The notes under the pieces: generated by a model
The model's input: only the letters and a program-made list of their open reading frames with translations
Databases searched by the model: none
What the model was told of the DNA's origin: nothing
Translations under genes and position numbers: made by a program
Source: Akkermansia muciniphila
Lineage (GTDB): Bacteria > Verrucomicrobiota > Verrucomicrobiia > Limisphaerales > UBA9464
DNA: 64,000 nucleotides
Direction: 5' to 3'
NCBI GenBank assembly: GCA_945861565.1
Contig: CAMAUY010000005.1
Location: 9,749-73,748 of the forward strand
In this document: positions 18,426 through 26,907 of the stretch, piece after piece
Position numbering within the stretch: position 1 is the stretch's first letter
Layout of the letters: each line of letters starts with the position of its first letter

Positions 18426-18553
18426 TTCCAGGGCAAATCTGGCACGGTTCTGGCTACAATCAAAGAGGCAACTTAAAGCGGATAATTGAACTAACGTTTG
18501 AGCTAGTGGGGTGTCCTACGTTCCGCTGATCGCGCGAGATTAATGATGGTCCT

Positions 18554-21500
18554 ATGAGAAAAACGCGGTTTCTTGGTTCTAAACTGTTTGTTCTGGCCTT
18601 GCTTCTGGTCGGCTTGCTTTTCGATTGGCGGGAGTCGTGGGTGAAGGAAATGAACGTGGTTGGCGTGCGAGGAGACTCGCGGGTGGATTCCCCCGCAGTG
18701 GACGTGGGTCCGGCCCCCGTCGCGGCGGCAGTCCCCTCGGATCTTACGATGCATTCACCCTTGAACATGGAACCAACTTCGCCGGCTCGGCACCAATTGC
18801 TACCGTCGCCAGAGACAACCTGGAATCGGCCGGGGATTGATGCTGCGTTCGCGCGGTTCAATCACTGGGTGGAACGGTTCGAATCGGCAGCCGCCGACAC
18901 TCGCGAGGGCTTGCTGGCCGAGGGGATACTCCTGGCGCGAGAGCGACGGAGTGAAATGCTCGGAACCATTAGAACTCAACCCCGTCTCGCCCTGGAACTC
19001 GGGCTCCCCCGGCGAGTGCGATCGGAGTTGCCTCAGGCCGTGCTGGAATTCGTCGAGCAGCGGGTATCCGGTCGGGGGGATCTAACGGTCCTGGCGGCTC
19101 TAGCCGAGCCGGGAAGAGAAGGGAAAGTGCCCCCACTCTCCCGTCGCGTGACTTTGGGTGAACAGGAATATGAGGCATTCGTTTACGGACGGCGGGAGGA
19201 TGAATCCAGCCGATACCGGGTTGCATTGCACGGGGTGGCGATGGATGGCCTGTTGGCCGTCGACGAAAACGCCGGGCGGATTTTGGAAGAGGCTGAGTTA
19301 TCGGCCTGGTTGGTTGGAAATCCCGATCCGCGATGTGGCGTGACGGGACGGTCGGCCAACACTGAGGGCAGCCTGCTGGGATTGGAATCGGGCGAGCGGG
19401 TGGTACTGGCCTGTTCGCCCGGGCACGCCGGCCAATTGAATGAGGAGTGGATTGCGGCGGAAGCGGATGGAGGATCGAGAGATTTGGAGGGGCGGGCACG
19501 CCTGCTTTCGGCGTATACCGAGGGAATCAAGCGGTTGATTTTCATTTGCGTCGATTTTTCGGATCTGCCGGGCGCGCCGTTCACGCTCTTTGCCGGGACG
19601 AACATGGTTGCGGCGCTCAATGAGTTCTACTCCGTGTCGTCCTATGGACGGACTAGCTTTAGTCCGCTGGGCGATGGAACGGAGGTGACCGAAACGTTTC
19701 GAATGCCAAAAACGGCGGTGGCGTATGGCAATAACGACGCCAGTGGACTGCGAACCGCTGCACGGGCGGCGGCGCGAGCGGCGGGTTACGTGCTGGAGAA
19801 TTTCGATTTCGACCTGATCTGCATGGGATCGGTGCCTGGATTTGACTGGGCGGGACTCGGCGTTATCGGTGGACCCGGGGCCTGGCTTCGGTCGAGTTTC
19901 GGAGGGGACGCGGGTGTTCCAGCGCACGAGTTGGGGCATAACTTCGGCCTCAATCACGCCAACTTTTGGGATACTTCCGGCCAAAGTGTGATTGGAAGCG
20001 GCGCGGTTGTGGAGTATGGGGATACGTACGACACCATGGGCAGTGCGAGCGCCGGGCGGCGGCAGTTTAACACCCGCTACAAGAACTACCTGAACTGGCT
20101 TCCCAATGCTTCGGTGATTGCCGGGACGTCCAACGGCACCTACCGAATCGTGGCCCAGGACCAGACAAATGTTACAGGATTTCGTGCCCTACGGGTGCCC
20201 AGAAATTTCCAGACCAACTATTGGATCGAGGCGCGTCAGCGATTCACAACGCTGCCGTCCATGATGTCGGGTGTCACTCTCCGCTGGGCCCGCGCCGGGA
20301 ACCAGAGCAGCCTGCTGCTCGATACCACGCCTGGCTCCGGCGATGGAAAAAATGACGCAGCGATTACGGTTGGTAGAACATTTAGCGACAAGGCATTCGG
20401 AATTCATATCACACCGGTGGAAGCGGGTTCGGATGGCGCGCTTTGGGTCGACGTCGTCGTAGAACGGAATCCGCCCGCTGATAATGCCGCACCGGTCGCG
20501 CAGATGGCAGCCTCGGCGACCCGGTTTGCCACCAGCACAGTGGCCGAATTTACGATCACTGCATCGGATTCAGATGGGGATGCTTTAGCCTATTTTTGGG
20601 ATTTTGGTGATGGCACCTTGAGCTCCAATCGACCCGCGGTGGAGAAATATTGGTCCTCGGCCGGCGATTACGTCGTGCGTTGCGTCACGTCGGACATGAA
20701 AGGAGGGACATACACTTGCTCGACACTGGTTCAGGTGGGCAGCCCGCCAACGCTGCGAATTGCCGGACGCGTCCTCCGCGACGGACAGGGAGTAGACGGT
20801 GTCCGTGTGTACACATCGAACACCAAGGCGGCCTATACCGACTCGGATGGACAGTATTATCTGACCGGCCTTGCGCGCGGCAGCTACCAGTTGAAGGCGG
20901 CGGCGGAGAACCTCTTTTTCATCCCCAAGGGTTTTTCAAATCCGATTGTTCTGACGAATTCTGTTTTGGCGCACGATTTTGAGGCCCAACCACCGGATTC
21001 CCTGGACACGGTTGCGTTGATTGCGGCCGGGGCGGAGTGGAAGTACTTGAACGATGGCACGACGCCTGGGTCGGCATGGAAGGCACTTTCCTTCGATGAT
21101 CACGAATGGAATGAGGGGGCAGCGCAGCTGGGTTATGGCGATGACGATGTCGTTACAACGCTGGATTATGGCACGGAGGCGAATAAATTCATCAGTTACT
21201 ATTTCCGTCGTTCGTTCGTTATCGACGATCCCGCCAGTTTTCTTTCGGTGAACTTGGGGCTACTTCGAGATGATGGGGCGGTGGTGTACGTGAACGAGGC
21301 TGAGGTCTTCCGGAGCAACATGCCCTCGGGAGCGATCACCGCGTCCACTCGTGCCAGTACTAGCGTCAGCGGCACCGCTGAATCGACTTTTTACGAAACC
21401 AACCTGGATCCTGTCATCTTTCACCCGGGCACCAACGTGATTGCGGTGGAGGTGCACCAAAACTCGCCGGATAGTTCGGACCTCAGCTTTGATCTGCAGA

Positions 21501-21742
21501 TGACGGGGTTACGTCCGCTGCCGACGCTGGCTCCGCCCACTTTGAGCGCCGAAGTGGTGGAGGGAGTTCTGCGGATTCATTGGCCGGCGGTTGGAAGCTA
21601 TGCTCTGGAGGTGTCCACGTCTTTGGACGATGGGTCGAGCTGGGAGCCGGTTGAAATTCAACCCGAAACACTGGATGGCGAGAATTTCGTGGCGCTACCG
21701 ATCGATCAACAGAGCCGGTTTTTCCGCTTGATCAACCCGTGA
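18554..21742 (+). CDS. Large secreted multidomain zinc metalloprotease (metzincin-type), paralog 2
   Basis: Same architecture and collinear similarity to 14137..17280: HELGHNFGLNH, VEYGDTYDTMG, RQFNTRYKNYLNWLPN, PKD-like DSDGDALAYFWDFGDG, CarboxypepD_reg-like, DDGAVVYVNE, C-terminal RFFRL. Confidence 0.8.
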   Translation: MRKTRFLGSKLFVLALLLVGLLFDWRESWVKEMNVVGVRGDSRVDSPAVDVGPAPVAAAVPSDLTMHSPLNMEPTSPARHQLLPSPETTWNRPGIDAAFARFNHWVERFESAAADTREGLLAEGILLARERRSEMLGTIRTQPRLALELGLPRRVRSELPQAVLEFVEQRVSGRGDLTVLAALAEPGREGKVPPLSRRVTLGEQEYEAFVYGRREDESSRYRVALHGVAMDGLLAVDENAGRILEEAELSAWLVGNPDPRCGVTGRSANTEGSLLGLESGERVVLACSPGHAGQLNEEWIAAEADGGSRDLEGRARLLSAYTEGIKRLIFICVDFSDLPGAPFTLFAGTNMVAALNEFYSVSSYGRTSFSPLGDGTEVTETFRMPKTAVAYGNNDASGLRTAARAAARAAGYVLENFDFDLICMGSVPGFDWAGLGVIGGPGAWLRSSFGGDAGVPAHELGHNFGLNHANFWDTSGQSVIGSGAVVEYGDTYDTMGSASAGRRQFNTRYKNYLNWLPNASVIAGTSNGTYRIVAQDQTNVTGFRALRVPRNFQTNYWIEARQRFTTLPSMMSGVTLRWARAGNQSSLLLDTTPGSGDGKNDAAITVGRTFSDKAFGIHITPVEAGSDGALWVDVVVERNPPADNAAPVAQMAASATRFATSTVAEFTITASDSDGDALAYFWDFGDGTLSSNRPAVEKYWSSAGDYVVRCVTSDMKGGTYTCSTLVQVGSPPTLRIAGRVLRDGQGVDGVRVYTSNTKAAYTDSDGQYYLTGLARGSYQLKAAAENLFFIPKGFSNPIVLTNSVLAHDFEAQPPDSLDTVALIAAGAEWKYLNDGTTPGSAWKALSFDDHEWNEGAAQLGYGDDDVVTTLDYGTEANKFISYYFRRSFVIDDPASFLSVNLGLLRDDGAVVYVNEAEVFRSNMPSGAITASTRASTSVSGTAESTFYETNLDPVIFHPGTNVIAVEVHQNSPDSSDLSFDLQMTGLRPLPTLAPPTLSAEVVEGVLRIHWPAVGSYALEVSTSLDDGSSWEPVEIQPETLDGENFVALPIDQQSRFFRLINP

Positions 21743-24220
21743 CTCGGGCGCGGCCTCCCGGGCGGCCGGTGTCGGCGCGCGCGGCCGAATCCATCTTGTT
21801 TCTTCGGGGTTGTTCGCTGTCACCCGAATCCCGTCTTTTAATTCGATCAATTGGATTGTTCGGCCCTCGTCCGTAAATAGAACCGGCCAGGTATGCCGGA
21901 GAATCCGATCCCGCGTTTCCGTACGGAGCCGTTCCGTGGCGGGTCGGCGGGCAGACACGACCAGGACGAGTTGGGGATCCACTGCTTGAAGGAACCCTTC
22001 CGACAAGAACTCGCCGTCCGGAGAGGATTCGGCAATCAGGACATCGGCGCGAAGGGTGGGTTTGCTCTGACTTAGGAGCCGGCTTTGAGCGTCGCGGGAC
22101 AATGGACCGCACGCAATAACCCGGACTTGGGAGACATCGCGGCGGAGGAGCAGGGTCGTAGGGCCTGGGCGTGCTGTGTTGACCGCAGTTTCGAGAAGTT
22201 CCCATGGAGAGAATCGAGGGTTATCACGGGGCGTTCGGAGGGCCGTGTCCGACTTGGCGACGATTTCAGCGAGGTGCCGTTCCACTGGAGATCGACTGCG
22301 TTCGGACGGGACGATAACTTCCGAGACGGGAAGCTTCTGGAGCATTGGGGGAAGTCCTCCCGCATGCCGCGCATCGACCCCGAACAGCAACCAACTATCG
22401 ATCCTATTGACCCCTCGACTTTGCAGGAAGGGGCGGAGCAGATGTTGGACCTCCGACCCGCGACCTCCGTTCCAGAGTCGCATCGGGCCCCAATGGCCGG
22501 ATCGTTCGAAAGCTCCGGAGAAACCGGGGAGTAGTGTCAATTGCCAGCGTCGGCGATGAAGACCGGTGGTTGCCGTTGCGGCGACCAGATAGAGGGCGGT
22601 GAGGAGCAGCCAACGGAACCGGACGGGTGGGATTGTGAATTGGCCGGTCGCCCAGGCGAGGAGTACGGCGACGTAGGGCAACCACCCCATCCAGGGAGGT
22701 GCCTCTTGGTATGCCCATCCCCCCGGAATGTCCGCGAATCCTCGGCTTGCCCGAGCCATGGCGGCCATCCAAACCCAGGCGCTGGCATTGAAGACTTCGC
22801 CCAGCGTTGGCCACCAATCACCGCAGGCTAAGCTCAGTGCACCCGCGGCGAGCGCGAGACTGCTCAAGGGAACGACTACCAAGTTGGCCACCAGACTGAT
22901 CGGGTTCAGGATGTGAAAGTAATGAATAACCAAGGGCAATGACCCCAGCCACGCGGCCAGCGTGGTGGCCAAGTGGCCGGAAAGAGTCTTCCACCAACGA
23001 CGCATGGCCTGCTGCCATGGCGGCCGAAGCTCCTCGGGAATCAGGGGATCGAATTCAACACAACGGGATAACGCCAGCTCCACCGGTTGCTGGAGGATTG
23101 CCAGGCTGCCCACCACCGCGAAGGACAATTGAAAGCCCGCCTGAAACAGTTCCCCGGGCTGGGCTGCGAGGACCACTAGGGCTGCGCCGGCCAAGGAGTT
23201 GAGCAGATCCGTCGGCCGTCGCAGCGCCCACGTTCCGACTATCACCGTCGTCATCACTGCGGATCGAACGGCCGATGATTGCCCCCCCGTGGCGAAGACA
23301 TAAAACCAGATGAGTGGAAGTCCGATCAGGCCGCACGCGGCTCGCGACAAGCCAGCGAGACGAAGTCCGTGAACCAGCATTCCGGCGATGAGCGCCACGT
23401 GGAGTCCGCTGATGGCAAAGACGTGCATGGTACCGGAGCGCATGAACGGTTCGGCAACGTCTCCTTGCAGGCCGGGCTTCCATCCCAAAACCATGGCCCA
23501 AATGAACCCTACATTTTCGTCGTCTCCCGGCAGTCCCCGCGCAAGGACGTGTTGCGCCCACGGAAGGAAACGATCCGACCACGGAATCGTGCGTTTGCCA
23601 CCCGGAGTCGTGATGCGAAGCTCCCGCGGCGAATCGACCGTAAATTGGTGGAAGATACCCTGGTGTCGGAGGAATTCCCGATAGTCAAACAAACCCGGCA
23701 CCTCGGCTTCGTGGGGCACTTGGAGCAACCCATCTGCTTCGATGGAATCCCCGATGCTGGGGGTTTCCGAGAGCGCGCCGCGGATCGTCCACTGCACCCG
23801 GCCCGACACCGCCTCCCACGGCCCACCGTTCTTAGCCCATGCGTCGAGGTTCGCCACCAAGGTGGTCCGCCCATCGCCCGCTCGTGATGTCTCGGCCGGG
23901 TAATAAACGCAGGATTGGGCAACCGTACCGCGGATCGAGGCGACCTGGGCTGCGGGGGTGGCTTGCCGTCGTAGATCGGTCGGATCCCACGGTGTTTGGA
24001 TCGACACTTGGTTGATCCATCCGGCGAGGAAACAGGCAAATGTCAGGGAAATACCGCCCCATTTGTTGCTCCAGCGGCCGACGGCTGCGGCTGCGGCTGC
24101 GGCTACGACCAAGAGTGCCAAACCGACTCCTAACAGGAAAAAAAGGGACGGTTGGATCCATTCGCCCGCAAGGATTCCTCCTGCAAACAGCAAAGAGATT
24201 GGGAGCATCGGTCGTTTCAT
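21695..24220 (-). CDS. comEC: DNA internalization-related competence protein ComEC/Rec2
   Basis: Polytopic membrane core with MHVFAISGLHVALIAG, and a C-terminal metallo-beta-lactamase-like region. Its 3' end overlaps the convergent metalloprotease gene by 48 nt. Confidence 0.85.
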   Translation of the reverse strand: MKRPMLPISLLFAGGILAGEWIQPSLFFLLGVGLALLVVAAAAAAAVGRWSNKWGGISLTFACFLAGWINQVSIQTPWDPTDLRRQATPAAQVASIRGTVAQSCVYYPAETSRAGDGRTTLVANLDAWAKNGGPWEAVSGRVQWTIRGALSETPSIGDSIEADGLLQVPHEAEVPGLFDYREFLRHQGIFHQFTVDSPRELRITTPGGKRTIPWSDRFLPWAQHVLARGLPGDDENVGFIWAMVLGWKPGLQGDVAEPFMRSGTMHVFAISGLHVALIAGMLVHGLRLAGLSRAACGLIGLPLIWFYVFATGGQSSAVRSAVMTTVIVGTWALRRPTDLLNSLAGAALVVLAAQPGELFQAGFQLSFAVVGSLAILQQPVELALSRCVEFDPLIPEELRPPWQQAMRRWWKTLSGHLATTLAAWLGSLPLVIHYFHILNPISLVANLVVVPLSSLALAAGALSLACGDWWPTLGEVFNASAWVWMAAMARASRGFADIPGGWAYQEAPPWMGWLPYVAVLLAWATGQFTIPPVRFRWLLLTALYLVAATATTGLHRRRWQLTLLPGFSGAFERSGHWGPMRLWNGGRGSEVQHLLRPFLQSRGVNRIDSWLLFGVDARHAGGLPPMLQKLPVSEVIVPSERSRSPVERHLAEIVAKSDTALRTPRDNPRFSPWELLETAVNTARPGPTTLLLRRDVSQVRVIACGPLSRDAQSRLLSQSKPTLRADVLIAESSPDGEFLSEGFLQAVDPQLVLVVSARRPATERLRTETRDRILRHTWPVLFTDEGRTIQLIELKDGIRVTANNPEETRWIRPRAPTPAAREAAPESRVDQAEKPALLIDR

Positions 24221-24353
24221 TGCGACCCCTCGCCCGTCGGTTCCGTCCGGGGTCTCGGTAACTCGGGGAGTAGATCGCCAGGGGATCGATCGGACCCAAT
24301 GATTGGCGTCGGATCCGCCACCGCAGTTTTTAATGCATGTTTCGAACGTCGGC

Positions 24354-24815
24354 TCACCAACGACGAAAGACCCGTCCGAACAGCCAGATTACGAACAATC
24401 CGAACAGCGCTCCCGCGGAATCGATCGCGACGTCCCGCAGGCTCCCTTCGCGGGTACGGGTAAACGACTGATGCAGCTCATCGGACATTGCGTACCCGAC
24501 CGCCAGAGCCCATGCCGCTAAGGCTTTTTCCCGGGACCAGGGTCGCATTTCCCGACGGTTGGGCCGAAAAAGAGCCCGCCAAAGCAGAGCCGCCAGGATT
24601 GCGTACTCCACGCCATGGGCGGTTTTTCGAACACACAACTGGGCGAACTGGATCGTCGCTTCCGAGATGTCCGGCTTAAGCCAGAGTAGAAAGGGACGGG
24701 TGAATCGGGACGTGTGAGGAGCCGAGAAATCATCCGTCGAAAAACCAAAGATCAATGCCATCCACCCCAGCACAGGCAGCCAATAGCCTAAGAACTTCCA
24801 AAGACCGGTCCTCAT
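24354..24815 (-). CDS. VanZ family membrane protein
   Basis: RKTAHGVEYAILAALLWRAL and DELHQSFTRTREGSLRDVAIDSAGALFG. Confidence 0.8.
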   Translation of the reverse strand: MRTGLWKFLGYWLPVLGWMALIFGFSTDDFSAPHTSRFTRPFLLWLKPDISEATIQFAQLCVRKTAHGVEYAILAALLWRALFRPNRREMRPWSREKALAAWALAVGYAMSDELHQSFTRTREGSLRDVAIDSAGALFGLFVIWLFGRVFRRW

Positions 24816-24870
24816 CGCCTGATCTGAACAACGGGCGTCGTTTCAGTGCAAGGAAAGAGCGAATTTGTCG

Positions 24871-25019
24871 ATGAAAGTGCAGGGCTGCATCAAGCCTGCC
24901 TGGGAACGCCGGCATCCTGCCGGCGGGTTCCGATTCCACGCGCCGGCAGGATGCCAGCGCTCCCAGCCGCAGCTCAGTGGCCTCCAATTCATGAGCTTGA
25001 TGCAGCCCTGATGAAAGTG
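24871..25019. mobile_element. MITE: 131-bp element with 16-bp perfect TIRs and a 9-bp target-site duplication
   Basis: TSD ATGAAAGTG at 24871..24879 and 25011..25019. TIR CAGGGCTGCATCAAGC (24880..24895) pairs with GCTTGATGCAGCCCTG (24995..25010). Long internal hairpin ctgggaacgccggcatcctgccggcg/cgccggcaggatgccagcgctcccag. Confidence 0.8.
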
Positions 25020-25092
25020 AGTCTGGAAAAAGAATTGATTGAACCCCGACGACTCCTAACTAGTATCCGTCAGCCCTTACGGGTGACCTGGT

Positions 25093-25169
25093 CGGGACGT
25101 AGCGTAGCTTGGTAGCGCGTCTGAATGGGGTTCAGAAGGTCGTGAGTTCAAATCTCACCGTCCCGACCA
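25093..25169 (+). tRNA. tRNA-Pro (anticodon GGG), CCA encoded
   Basis: Manual cloverleaf. Acceptor CGGGACG/CGTCCCG. D-arm GCGT-AGCTTGGTA-GCGC. Anticodon arm TCTGA-ATGGGGT-TCAGA (T33, GGG, G37). T-arm GTGAG-TTCAAAT-CTCAC. Discriminator A plus CCA. Confidence 0.9.
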
Positions 25170-25203
25170 TTTATTCTTTCGTTTCCTCCGGGGTGGAGGT
25201 TTT

Positions 25204-26772
25204 TCAGTGGCGGAAGTGACGATTTCCCGTGAATACCATCGCCATTCCGCGCTCGTTAGCCGCTCGGATCACATCTGGGTCCCGGACCGATCCACCCGGT
25301 TGAATCGCCGCCGTCGCTCCCGCGTCGGCCGCGGCGAGCAATCCGTCTGGAAAGGGGAAAAATGCGTCGCTGCAAACCACGCTCCCGAGAAGGGGTACCT
25401 GCGCTTCGCCCGCCTTCCAGACCGCAATTCGGCTTGAATCCACCCGACTCATCTGTCCCGCTCCGATTCCGACGGTTCTTGCCGCCCCTTGCACGCTGGC
25501 CGCATAGACAATTGCGTTGGACTTGACGTGCTTCACCACTTTCCATCCAAAAAGCAAAGCGGCCATTTCCGCGGCTGTGGGTTGTCGGTCGGTCACGACT
25601 TTCAAATCCGCGGCCGCCGTCGTGCGCAAGTCTCGCTCCTGCCAAAGATAGGATCCCGCGCCGACGCTCCGGATGTCGCTCGGGGAGGCCGCCGTTGGAT
25701 TGGCACGCACCTTGAGGAGGCGCAGATTCTTCTTTTGCTGTAACAGGGCGAGGGCGTCCGGCAAAAAATCGGGAGCCACGATCACCTCGCTGAAGATTTC
25801 GGCGATCGCTTGGGCGCAGAGCAGGTCCATGGGTCGATTGACGGCGATAATGCCGCCGAACGGAGCCAGCCGATCGGTTGCGAACGCGTGGTCCCAGGCC
25901 CCGCGAAGATCCACCGCCTGCCCGACGCCACAGGGGTTGGTGTGCTTGAGGATCGCTAGAGTGGGAGGCTCGCCTTCAAATTCGCTCAACAACGCCACCG
26001 CCGCGGTTAAGTCGAGGATATTATTGTACGAGAGTTCTTTGCCATGCAGTTGCTCGTAGTACTCGGGGAATCGGCCGTACAGCGCGGCTTTTTGATGAGG
26101 ATTTTCTCCGTAGCGCAGTGGCTGAATCAACGGGGCTTGAATTCTGAGCACGGCGGGTGGTTCCGCAATGGCTGCGGCGGGACGGAAGGCCGTTTCCAAA
26201 TGAGCGGCAATCGCCGCATCGTACGCTGCCGTTCGCGCAAAGACTGCTGCCGCGAGACGTCGGCGCAGCTCCAGTGTCGTGTTTCCCGTTGCCTGCACTT
26301 GGTCAGCGACGGCCGCGTAATCGGCGGGGTCTACCACCACGGTGACGCTCTCGTGGTTCTTAGCGGCGCTCCGCAGCATGGAAGGACCTCCGATGTCGAT
26401 GTTTTCGATGGCGTCGTGCAGCGAAACGTCAGGCTTCGCCACCGTCTGTTCGAAGGGGTACAGATTTACCACCACCAGATCGATGGGCGAGATGCCGTGC
26501 TGTGCGACCGTCGATTCGTGTTCCGGATTTCCGCGCAGGTAGAGTAACCCGCCATGCACCTTTGGATGGAGTGTTTTCACACGGCCATCGAGCATTTCCG
26601 GAAATCCGGTGTGCTCGGTGACGTCCTTGACGACGAGGCCTGCCTCCCGCAGGGCGCGGGCGGTGCCACCGGTGGAAAGGAGCTCGACGCCTGCCGCCGC
26701 CAGGACGCGGGCAAACGGGACGAGGCCGGTTTTGTCGGAAACAGAAAGGAGTGCGCGGACGATTTTCGCCAT
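25204..26772 (-). CDS. purH: Bifunctional AICAR transformylase / IMP cyclohydrolase
   Basis: [26 protein letters not shown]-terminal QPGGSVRD...FTGNRHFRH. Confidence 0.95.
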   Translation of the reverse strand: MAKIVRALLSVSDKTGLVPFARVLAAAGVELLSTGGTARALREAGLVVKDVTEHTGFPEMLDGRVKTLHPKVHGGLLYLRGNPEHESTVAQHGISPIDLVVVNLYPFEQTVAKPDVSLHDAIENIDIGGPSMLRSAAKNHESVTVVVDPADYAAVADQVQATGNTTLELRRRLAAAVFARTAAYDAAIAAHLETAFRPAAAIAEPPAVLRIQAPLIQPLRYGENPHQKAALYGRFPEYYEQLHGKELSYNNILDLTAAVALLSEFEGEPPTLAILKHTNPCGVGQAVDLRGAWDHAFATDRLAPFGGIIAVNRPMDLLCAQAIAEIFSEVIVAPDFLPDALALLQQKKNLRLLKVRANPTAASPSDIRSVGAGSYLWQERDLRTTAAADLKVVTDRQPTAAEMAALLFGWKVVKHVKSNAIVYAASVQGAARTVGIGAGQMSRVDSSRIAVWKAGEAQVPLLGSVVCSDAFFPFPDGLLAAADAGATAAIQPGGSVRDPDVIRAANERGMAMVFTGNRHFRH

Positions 26773-26907
26773 AATCGAAGGCGCGGAGCATCCGCGTCGG
26801 AATTACTTGCCGTCAATGGTGAGTTACTCACGGGCAATAATTCCCCTGGTGAGATCGGCTGCCCAAATGCTCGCGTTCCTGTCTTTTTTTTCGGACATTC
26901 GACCGCC

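Noticed and set aside
26554-26907. Long N-terminal extension of thrS from the track start.
   Set aside because: It overlaps the purH coding sequence on the opposite strand and has no TGS-like or other ThrRS sequence. ATG 26908 was chosen.
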